Assembly: GCA_037447435.1 (NCBI GenBank)
Contig: JBBIGR010000037.1
Span: 1 to 15,550, forward strand
Length of the DNA: 15,550 nucleotides
Source: Fibrobacteria bacterium
GTDB taxonomy: Bacteria > Fibrobacterota > Chitinivibrionia > Chitinivibrionales > FEN-1185
Direction: 5' to 3'
In this document: piece by piece, positions 8,087-15,550 of the stretch
How the letters are laid out: each line of letters starts with the position of its first letter
How positions within the stretch are numbered: the first letter of the stretch is position 1
Notes under the pieces: generated by a model
Told to the model about the DNA's origin: nothing
The model's input: the letters and a program-made list of their open reading frames with translations, nothing else
The model's database searches: none
Position numbers and translations under genes: made by a program

Positions 8087-9592
8087 ATGAAACATCTCGC
8101 TTTTTTCATTTTCATCCTCTCATTTTCGTCTTATGCAAAATGGGGTCAGCCGCCTGCGGCCTGGGGCGATTTCCAGTTCGGGCTGGTCAATAACAATCGC
8201 CCGATTTGGGACGCGCCCATGAAGCTGGCGCTCTCCGACAAAAGCAACAGATACCAGCTCGACCGCCGCTACGTATACATCGATAATTTCGCAAACATCA
8301 CCCAATCGTATTGGGGAAAAGACCAATATGCCTGGACAGGCAGGAACTGGTCCAAAGACACGTTTTATGTTGCGCATCATGTCAATCCCGCCATCGTGGT
8401 ATATATGTTGCAACGCGGCGGCGACTCCTACGATTACTTGAGCCAGAACATCGCGGACCCGGTTTTTATGCGTCAATATTTCGACACGCTCGCATTCATC
8501 GCCGACAGCTCCAAAAACATGCATTGCATTTACGTCATAGAACCGGATGTATGGGGATATATTCTTCAGCATAGCCGCGAACACGACACCGGCCCGTCCC
8601 GCACCTAGGACAATTGGGCGGCAATCGCGGACAATCATTTCAACGCACTCTGTCATATCAACGATCTCGGCATTCCGTGGCTCTCCGACACCGCGGAATT
8701 TAAAAACAAACTCTCCTATCTGCCCGGCGCAATAATAAAAACGCTCAAACATACGGATGCCGGATGTTTTGCGGGTATTTTAATGGCGCATTGGGCATGG
8801 AAACCCGCAAATTCGACGACGCTCGGGCTTTTTCAGGACACCCAAGCCAACATAGACATTGCTGCGCGGGAAGAATCGAAATTTTTATCAGCGCTTCTCG
8901 GTACGACCGCCTATCGGGGCGATTTCTTGGGCGTTGAAAAAAACGGAACCGATCTGGGCTGTTGGAAAGTCATAAGCCCACCCAGCGTTTATGCAACCAC
9001 ATTGAATTGGGACGATCAGGGAAACGGCAGATGGATAAATTTTTCCAAAACCCTTGCGCAATCGGTCGATTTGCCGCTTCTCGGTTGGCAAATCAGTATC
9101 GGGCATCCGGGCCTGCCCAATATCGACAATGAATACGAAGACACGTTTTTGCCGTATTTCTTCGACCACGTTTCAGAATACCTTAATGGCGGATTCATCG
9201 GGATGCTTGCCGGATGCGCAAACCAGGATAAAGGTACGGTCGCTTCCATAGATGTTAATGCTGTTGGAGACAAAGGCTGGTTTTACGGCAAACTGTCGGC
9301 ATTCAACAGTCAAAGACCATACCTTTCTATAGTTTCAACCAAGGCAAATCAAATTCATAAACCCGCAAAAGAGACAGTATTTCGCATTGTCAAAAATACG
9401 CTGCTGGTAAATAATGAATTTTCTTCCCAATTGGTATCATTGGAGCTCATCGATTGTTCCGGAAAAGCCGTTCATATTTTGCCGGACCCAAACCTCCGCT
9501 GCTTTTTCCTGGGACAATTAGCCCGGGGAACCTATGCAGCCAAAATCACCTGCAAAAAAGCCGTTTACACAACAAGACTTTTCCACCCTTGA
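8087..9592 (+). pseudogene. Single 501-codon gene for a secreted protein (signal peptide, possible glycoside-hydrolase-like domain, T9SS/Fibrobacterota-type C-terminal domain) interrupted by one in-frame TAG at 8606-8608; pseudogene or readthrough
   Basis: ORFs 8087-8608 and 8783-9592 are in the same frame, and 8609-8782 is open and protein-like (DNWAAIADNHFNALCHINDLGIPWLSDTAEFKNKLSYLPGAIIKTLKHTDAGCFAGIL). N-terminus MKHLAFFIFILSFSSYA|K is a signal peptide. The C-terminus has LELIDCSGKAV...LARGTYAAKI. Confidence 0.75.
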
Positions 9593-9622
9593 CGTTACCA
9601 TAATATTGTTAGAATAGCTTTT

Positions 9623-9722
9623 TCTTCTCCCATAATTGGGATAAGGTCGGGATGAGTTTTTTTTTCCTGTGCCCCCTGTTTTTTTTCCTTCTCCCATTAT
9701 TGGGAGAAGGCCAGGATGAGGG
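9623..9722. repeat. Two direct copies of a 33-nt REP-like palindromic element, period 64 nt
   Basis: 9624-9656 CTTCTCCCATAATTGGGATAAGGTCGGGATGAG vs 9688-9720 CTTCTCCCATTATTGGGAGAAGGCCAGGATGAG (29/33 identical). The second copy has a perfect 10-bp stem CCTTCTCCCA/TGGGAGAAGG with a 4-nt loop (9687-9710). Each copy is preceded by a T-tract. Confidence 0.8.
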
Positions 9723-9800
9723 TATTGGTCTCGCATTCCATTTTAAAATCATGTATATTCAATGCTCTTTTTCAAAAAATATGAAAGCGTGTTGTTAGGA

Positions 9801-10508
9801 ATGCAGTTAACTGTCCGTGACGCTTCTACGTTGCTCAATCTGCCTGAGAAAAAAATCTACTCGATGATCAAACGGAACGAGATTCCGTTTTACCGCCTGA
9901 ATAAATTATGTCTTTTCAACAGGGCCGAACTTCTCGAATGGGCAATTTCCAAATCGATCAATATATCGTCCGATTTCTTTTCCCCGGATAACGAGTCCGA
10001 TCAACAACTTCCGCTTCTTGCAGATGCAATCCAAAACGGCGGAATTCATTATCTTGGAACAACGGCAACCAAAGAAGAAGTCCTTAAAACGGTAGTAAAG
10101 CTTATTCCCGATCTGGCTTCATCAAAATCAGATCTTATCTACACCGCATTAATGGCCCGTGAAACACTCGGGTCAACGGCAATCGGAGACGGCATCGCCA
10201 TTCCGCATGTCCGAAATCCCATTATATTAAATATGAATAAGCCGTCCATTCTGCTTTGTTTTCTTGCACTCCCTCTGGATTTCGGAGCGCTCGACGGAAA
10301 AAAGGTCACCACGATTTTCACCATGATAAGCCCCAACGCGCGGATTCACCTGCATCTTTTGGCCAGGCTCTCCTACATTTTGCAAAATTCCGAAATTCGG
10401 GCTGTTTTAAACCGGAACCGCGAACCCGCCGAAATCCTCGCTGCAATACGTAAAGTAGAGGCAGGAATCGGATTGCAAATCAACGGTACCGGGGGCGGCA
10501 TAGCATGA
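9801..10508 (+). CDS. Excisionase-like HTH domain fused to a PTS EIIA (PtsN/fructose-mannitol type) domain; putative regulator, 235 aa (248 aa if started at 9762)
   Basis: N-terminal MQLTVRDASTLLNLPEKKIYSMIKRNEIPFYR...FNRAELLEW is an HTH_17/excisionase pattern. C-terminal ARETLGSTAIGDGIAIPHVR retains the phospho-His; LDFGALDGK and HLHLLARLS are also present. ATG 9801 is preferred because the HTH domain begins there and a TATATT -10-like box lies at 9754-9759. Confidence 0.9.
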   Translation: MQLTVRDASTLLNLPEKKIYSMIKRNEIPFYRLNKLCLFNRAELLEWAISKSINISSDFFSPDNESDQQLPLLADAIQNGGIHYLGTTATKEEVLKTVVKLIPDLASSKSDLIYTALMARETLGSTAIGDGIAIPHVRNPIILNMNKPSILLCFLALPLDFGALDGKKVTTIFTMISPNARIHLHLLARLSYILQNSEIRAVLNRNREPAEILAAIRKVEAGIGLQINGTGGGIA

Positions 10509-12496
10509 TATTTCTCATTGCCGGTATCCTCATCTTCGTTCTCTGCGGCATATCGGCGCTCGTTTTTACCTCCAAACCAATAGCCTGTAAATTGCTTGGC
10601 GCAGGCGGCACCATGGCAGGGTCCCTTGCCGGTCTCTTCGTTGCTTTTCGAGTACTTATAAGCGGCATCCCCCTTTATTGGCATGCGTCATGGCAAATGC
10701 CCTTCGGCTCCGTGTCGCTTTCAATAGACGCGTTATCGGCTTTTTTTCTCATTCCGCTTTTCATACTTTCTTTCCTGGGTGCATTATACGCGTCAGAATA
10801 CCTGGACCACGACGCTGCCGCAAGAAATCTCGGGCTGCATTGGCTTTTTTATAATTTTTTGGTCGCAAGCATGGCCCTCGTACTTACTTCGTCAAGCGGC
10901 CTGCTGTTCATCATGGCCTGGGAAATGATGTCTCTTGCCTCCTTCTTTCTGGTTCTTTACAAACACGACGACAAGGGATCGCGGGAAGCGGCGTGGATAT
11001 ACCTGATCGCCACCCATATCGGCGCGGCATTTCTCCTTGCATTTTTTATTATCGCAGCATCGCAGACCGGTTCTTTCGATTTCGATTCATTCGCAAAACA
11101 CTCGTTTCCGCCCGCTGTATCGGGACTTCTTTTTGCATTGGGGCTTGTCGGCTTCGGGTCCAAGGCCGGGTTTGTTCCCTTTCATGTCTGGCTGCCCAAA
11201 GCGCATCCTGCCGCCCCGAGCCATGTTTCTGCCCTCATGTCCGGCGTCATGATCAAAATGGGAATATACGGAATCATGCGGTCGCTTGTGCTGTTTGGCC
11301 CTTTTCAGGAATGGTGGGGCCTTGTATTGGTGAGTATCGGTTGCGTATCAGGAATACTCGGCGTGCTTCTGGCCCTGGGCCAGCACGATTTAAAACGGCT
11401 TCTTGCTTTCAGCAGCGTGGAAAATATCGGCATCATTTCGCTGTGCATGGGCGCGGGCATACTTGGCGCATGCAACAACAACCCGCTTATCGAAACGCTC
11501 GGGTTTTTCGCCGCATTGCTCCATGTCGTAAACCATGCGTTTTTCAAAGGCCTGTTGTTTCTCGGCGCCGGTGCGGTTCTGCATGCCGCCCATACGACCC
11601 AAATCGACAAACTGGGCGGGCTCATAAAAAAAATGCCGTTTACGGCCTTTGCCTTTCTCATCGGTTCCGTCGCAATTTGCGGGCTTCCGGTCTTAAACGG
11701 GTTCGTGTCCGAATTCATGCTGTACATGGCGGGATTTTTCGGCCTGCAATCCCAGGCGTCAAGCATGTTTCTTATTGCCGCGGTTTTCATGACGAGCCTG
11801 GCGCTCATCGGCGGGCTCGCGACCGCTTGCTTTACAAAAGCATTCGGATCGATATTTCTCGGCGAGCCGAGATCGCAACAGACCGCGCATCACGATGTCG
11901 GCCTTTGTATGCGGATCCCGATGTACGCCCTTGCGTCGCTGTGCGCAATCATCGGACTTTTCTCATGGCTTGTGGTCCCAATGCTTTGCGGCCCCCTGTC
12001 GCTTATCGCAAGCAGCAATCAATCCGGCATACCCATAACCCTTGCGACGCTTTCGCCGTGGCTCAAAGGCATTTCTTTGGGTTGCGCGCTCTTTATCGCC
12101 GTTATTTTACTTTTAATACTATTGCGGAAACGGTTGCTTAAAAATCGGGTCGTATCGTCGTCGCCGACCTGGGATTGCGGTTTTTCGGCGGGAACGCCTC
12201 GCATACAATATACCGGCTCTTCATTTACACAACCGGTTACCAATTTTTTCAGGAAACTGTCCTTTTCAAAACAGACCTTGAAAGTCGATTCGTCAATTTT
12301 CCCGCAAAACTGGACCTTTGAATCGGATGTTCCAGATGCGGCTCTCGACAAGGTATACCTGCCGGGCTTCAAATTGATCGGTTTCGTGTTATCCAAACTC
12401 AAATGGCTGCAAGGCGGCAAGGTGCATGTGTATGTTCTCTATATTGTCCTTACCCTGATTGCGTTTTTAACATGGAATTTCTTATGGGCAAAATGA
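10505..12496 (+). CDS. hyfB: Full-length HyfB-like proton-translocating membrane subunit, 663 aa
   Basis: AWEMMSLASF, GFGSKAGFVPFHVWLPKAHPAAPSHVSALMSG, DLKRLLAFSSVENIG, NHAFFKGLLF, TWDCG and LQGGKVHVYVLY motifs; ATGA overlap with the upstream EIIA gene. Confidence 0.94.
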   Translation: MIFLIAGILIFVLCGISALVFTSKPIACKLLGAGGTMAGSLAGLFVAFRVLISGIPLYWHASWQMPFGSVSLSIDALSAFFLIPLFILSFLGALYASEYLDHDAAARNLGLHWLFYNFLVASMALVLTSSSGLLFIMAWEMMSLASFFLVLYKHDDKGSREAAWIYLIATHIGAAFLLAFFIIAASQTGSFDFDSFAKHSFPPAVSGLLFALGLVGFGSKAGFVPFHVWLPKAHPAAPSHVSALMSGVMIKMGIYGIMRSLVLFGPFQEWWGLVLVSIGCVSGILGVLLALGQHDLKRLLAFSSVENIGIISLCMGAGILGACNNNPLIETLGFFAALLHVVNHAFFKGLLFLGAGAVLHAAHTTQIDKLGGLIKKMPFTAFAFLIGSVAICGLPVLNGFVSEFMLYMAGFFGLQSQASSMFLIAAVFMTSLALIGGLATACFTKAFGSIFLGEPRSQQTAHHDVGLCMRIPMYALASLCAIIGLFSWLVVPMLCGPLSLIASSNQSGIPITLATLSPWLKGISLGCALFIAVILLLILLRKRLLKNRVVSSSPTWDCGFSAGTPRIQYTGSSFTQPVTNFFRKLSFSKQTLKVDSSIFPQNWTFESDVPDAALDKVYLPGFKLIGFVLSKLKWLQGGKVHVYVLYIVLTLIAFLTWNFLWAK

Positions 12497-13401
12497 TGCT
12501 TTTACAGTATCTATCGCCTGTTCTGGCGCTTGTGTGCGCGCCTTTTTTACTCGGCATAATTAACCGGACCAAGGCTGTTTTTGCCGGACGTAAAGGCCAG
12601 CCGCTTTTGCAAACCTATTTCGATATAGCAAAATTATTGCGCAAAGGCGCAGTGTACAGCACTACGACATCGTGGCTGTTTCGAGCCGGTCCCATTGTTT
12701 CGCTCGCTGCCGTCGTCGTTGCCTGCTTCATTATTCCGATCGGCAAATGCGGCGCACCCATTTCCTTTACCGGCGACATTGTATTGTTCATGTACCTGTT
12801 GGGCATTGCGCGATTCTTCGTGGTGCTTGCCGCGCTCGATACCGGCTCGCCGTTCGAGGGAATGGGCGCTTCACGTGAAGTTTTTTTCTCAGTGCTTGCA
12901 GAACCGGTTTTCCTGTTATGCATACTTGCGCTTGCGCACACCCACGACCTGCGGTTTTTCAGCATTTTGGGCGGTATGAGCCCCTATGCGATCGTGCCCG
13001 CACTCCTTGCTGGAATAAGCCTGTTTGTGGTTATGCTTGCTGAAAATGCGCGAATCCCCATCGATGATCCGACAACACATTTGGAACTGACCATGATCCA
13101 TGAGGTCATGGTACTCGATCACGGCGGCCCGGATTTCGCATTAATCACCTACGGATCGGCACTCAAGTTATGGCTGTTTGGTCTCGTTGTTGTGCGCGCG
13201 ATCCTGCCGTTTCATCCGGCCTCGATGCTTCTTGATTGTAGTATAACTCTCTGTACGATGGCCGTATGCGCCGTTATCGTCGGAATCGTGGAATCCGTAA
13301 CGGCCCGTTTGCGCCTGCTTCGCGTTCCGCAATTGCTTATCGGCGCGGCAGCCCTTGCGGCGCTCGCGCTTTTTGCCGGCGAAGGCGGGCTTTTCCTATG
13401 A
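12493..13401 (+). CDS. hyfC: HyfC/HycD-like (NuoH family) membrane subunit, 302 aa
   Basis: Start ATG 12493 (ATGA overlap with hyfB); GRKGQPLLQTY, LDTGSPFEGMGASRE and RIPIDDPTTHLELTMIHEVM motifs. Confidence 0.92.
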   Translation: MMLLQYLSPVLALVCAPFLLGIINRTKAVFAGRKGQPLLQTYFDIAKLLRKGAVYSTTTSWLFRAGPIVSLAAVVVACFIIPIGKCGAPISFTGDIVLFMYLLGIARFFVVLAALDTGSPFEGMGASREVFFSVLAEPVFLLCILALAHTHDLRFFSILGGMSPYAIVPALLAGISLFVVMLAENARIPIDDPTTHLELTMIHEVMVLDHGGPDFALITYGSALKLWLFGLVVVRAILPFHPASMLLDCSITLCTMAVCAVIVGIVESVTARLRLLRVPQLLIGAAALAALALFAGEGGLFL

Positions 13402-14042
13402 AAAACCAATTGTATTTCCTGATCATCATCATGGTCGTTTCGAATTTTTATCTGTTAAGTTCCAGCAGGCTTCGCGCGCTCATCCGCATCGCCGCGGTCC
13501 AGGGAATCTTTCTCGGACTGTTCCCGTTTATCACGCAGGCGAGCCATTTTTCGCAGCATACGCTCATTATCGGCATAGGCGCCATGGCGCTCAAAGGCAT
13601 CGCCATACCCTTGCTTTTATTCAGAGCCTTACGCGGAGTGGAAGAATACCGTGAAGAAAAGCCATATATCGGATACACCATGTCAATTTGCATCGGCATC
13701 GTCATCGTCTCATGCGCATTTTGGGTGGGAAGCCACATCGCCGCTTCGGCGTTTTTCCCGTTCCCCGCTCTCATATCCCTGGCAATGAGCCTTGCGGCGG
13801 TAGGATTTTTTCTCATCGTTGCCCGTAAAAAGGCGCTCACCCAGGTCATCGGCTATCTGGTTTTGGAAAATGCGATCTATTGCTTCGGCATTTCCCTGTC
13901 CGTCGAACAATCGTTGCTTGTGGAAATGGGCGTTCTCCTCGATTTACTTGTCGGAGTCTTCATTATGGGTGTGGTCATCTATCATATAAACCGGGAATTC
14001 GATTCCATCAATACCGAATCGCTCGAGGAGTTGAAGGAATGA
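13398..14042 (+). CDS. hyfE: HyfE-like membrane subunit, 214 aa
   Basis: Start ATG 13398 (ATGA overlap with hyfC); ARKKALTQVIGYLVLENAIY, VEMGVLLDL and HINREFDSI..L.ELKE motifs. Confidence 0.9.
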   Translation: MKNQLYFLIIIMVVSNFYLLSSSRLRALIRIAAVQGIFLGLFPFITQASHFSQHTLIIGIGAMALKGIAIPLLLFRALRGVEEYREEKPYIGYTMSICIGIVIVSCAFWVGSHIAASAFFPFPALISLAMSLAAVGFFLIVARKKALTQVIGYLVLENAIYCFGISLSVEQSLLVEMGVLLDLLVGVFIMGVVIYHINREFDSINTESLEELKE

Positions 14043-15550
14043 TGCTTTCAAATCCTCTCATCGTAGCGCTCTTTATTCCTCCGCTTCTGGGAATACTTGC
14101 CGGCTTATTGCCGCTTAAAAGCCGCGGATTATTGTGGATAAGCGTTTGCAGCGGGGCATTGGTACTTTGCATCACGGCCGCCCTCTTTATTCAAAGGCCG
14201 CTCACGCATCGGATATTCGCTTTCGGCAACAACCTGTTCATCGACACGCTTTCGCTGTACCATATAGCGCTTGTCGGCATCGTGTTCTTTTTATCGGCGG
14301 TCTATTGCCTCGGCTATTTCAGCAAAGCAATTGATGCCGATGAATTCACGCCGGGCCGGGCGCGGCGTTTTGTCATTATTTGGAACGGGTTCTTCGGCGT
14401 CCTTCTGGGAGTCTTATGCGCAAACAATCTGGGCATATTGTGGATATGCCTCGAAGCCACCACGCTTGTTTCTGCGCTTCTCATCATGACCGACAAGCAT
14501 GCCTCTGCGATCGAGGCCATGTGGAAATACATTCTCCTGTGTTCGGTGGGAATAGCCTTTGCGTTTGTCGGTACATTGCTTTTGTCCGTTGCTGCGCACG
14601 ATGCCTCGTTTGCCCCGAGCGATGCCCTGTTATGGACCTCGCTTGTCGACCGGGCCGGCTTGCTTAACGGTAAGATAATGAGCGCGGCTTTTATTTTCAT
14701 TGTCGTGGGTTTCGGCACAAAGGCGGGTCTTGCACCCATGCATACCTGGCTTCCCGACGCACATAGCCAGGCTCCTACCCCGGTTTCCGCGCTTTTTTCC
14801 GGCGTCATGCTCAACTGCGCGCTGTATTGCATCATGCGCTATCTTCCGCTTTGTGAAGCGGCAAAGGGCTGGACCGGTTCCCCGCATGCGATACTCGTAT
14901 TGTTCGGAGTGATGTCGATAATCGTTTCGGCGATATTCATTCCGTCCCAGAAAAACGTCAAGCGCCTACTCGCCTATTGCAGCGTGGAGCACATAGGCAT
15001 CATGGCCCTGGGTTTGGGCATCGGCGGTCTCGGCACATTTGCCGCGTTGTTTCATGCGCTCAATCACTCGCTGTCGAAAAGCCTTGCCTTCTTTTCGGCC
15101 GGCAGGCTTGCCGGTCAATACGGGTCGTACGATATGAACGCCATAAAGGGGGCATGCACAAAAAATCCCCTCTGGGGGACTTCGTTGTTTGTGGCAATTC
15201 TCGCACTGTTCGGCGCCGCGCCGTTTTCCATTTTCATGAGCGAATTTCAGCTTGTCAAGGCAGCCATCGACAGCGGCAGATATATAGTCCTGGGCATTTT
15301 CCTGTTATGTTCCGTTATCGTGTTCATCAGCGCCATACGCCGCGTCATCGGAATGTCTGCCGGCATCGCCCCCGACTCGGTTATGACCCGGCGCAACGGC
15401 GCGCGGGACGTCGTTCTGGTCGCATGCCTGGCCACCGTGATGCTTCTCAGCGGTTGTATCATGCCGCATTGGTATTCGGACCTGCTCAAAAATGCGGCGT
15501 CCATCATAGAAGGTTCCCAGGAAATGTCTTCTTTTCTCACATTCGGGGGG
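14039..15550 (+). CDS. hyfF: HyfF-like antiporter-type membrane subunit, 3'-partial (504 codons, no stop in the window; absent from the ORF track)
   Basis: ATG 14039 overlaps the hyfE stop (ATGA). Manual translation: MMLSNPLIVALFIPPLLG...LWICLEATTL...IEAMWKYILLCSVGIAFA...GFGTKAGLAPMHTWLPDAHSQAPTPVSA...NVKRLLAYCSVEHIG; the frame appears open to the window edge. Confidence 0.92.
   Translation, partial: MMLSNPLIVALFIPPLLGILAGLLPLKSRGLLWISVCSGALVLCITAALFIQRPLTHRIFAFGNNLFIDTLSLYHIALVGIVFFLSAVYCLGYFSKAIDADEFTPGRARRFVIIWNGFFGVLLGVLCANNLGILWICLEATTLVSALLIMTDKHASAIEAMWKYILLCSVGIAFAFVGTLLLSVAAHDASFAPSDALLWTSLVDRAGLLNGKIMSAAFIFIVVGFGTKAGLAPMHTWLPDAHSQAPTPVSALFSGVMLNCALYCIMRYLPLCEAAKGWTGSPHAILVLFGVMSIIVSAIFIPSQKNVKRLLAYCSVEHIGIMALGLGIGGLGTFAALFHALNHSLSKSLAFFSAGRLAGQYGSYDMNAIKGACTKNPLWGTSLFVAILALFGAAPFSIFMSEFQLVKAAIDSGRYIVLGIFLLCSVIVFISAIRRVIGMSAGIAPDSVMTRRNGARDVVLVACLATVMLLSGCIMPHWYSDLLKNAASIIEGSQEMSSFLTFGG

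Noticed and set aside
8609..8700. PYLIS/SECIS-like hairpin after the in-frame TAG
   Set aside because: No convincing stem found by eye; the codon is TAG, not TGA, so selenocysteine does not apply. RNA folding would be needed to exclude weak structure.
8120..8752. 210-aa minus-strand ORF spanning the TAG position
   Set aside because: Antisense shadow of the + strand gene, which has a signal peptide and a coherent domain structure; no motifs of its own.
9624..9720. Mini CRISPR array (33-nt palindromic repeat, 31-nt spacer)
   Set aside because: Only two imperfect copies, a low-complexity poly-T spacer, no typical CRISPR repeat terminus and no cas genes in the window; a REP-like element fits better.
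9762..9800. 13-aa N-terminal extension of the HTH-EIIA protein from ATG 9762
   Set aside because: The ATG lies 2 nt after a -10-like box, so it is probably not transcribed; the HTH domain starts cleanly at Met 9801.
10993..12141. 382-aa alternative-frame ORF inside hyfB (similarly 352-900, 2592-3131, and the extensions at 12403 and 13266)
   Set aside because: Same -1-frame shadow effect over membrane-protein genes; no recognisable motifs.

Overview
Bacterial window carrying two divergent, same-strand hyf/ehr-type (energy-converting hydrogenase-related, complex I-like) gene clusters about 4.8 kb apart. Cluster 1 (62-5711) is a 5'-truncated hyfB, then hyfC, hyfE, hyfF and a NuoCD/HyfG-like large subunit lacking all four Ni-Fe-binding cysteines. 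Its hyfB reading frame is cut by in-frame stops in an AT-rich segment (1-52) that looks like an IS end. The spacer holds a vapBC toxin-antitoxin pair (- strand), a Gfo/Idh/MocA oxidoreductase, a GNAT acetyltransferase, a 501-codon secreted-protein gene interrupted by one in-frame TAG (8606-8608), and a pair of REP-like hairpin repeats. Cluster 2 (9801->15550) is an HTH-PtsN(EIIA) fusion regulator followed by hyfB-hyfC-hyfE-hyfF, all joined by ATGA overlaps and running off the right edge. No rRNA, tRNA or CRISPR array was seen. All family assignments come from motif recognition by eye, not from database searches.
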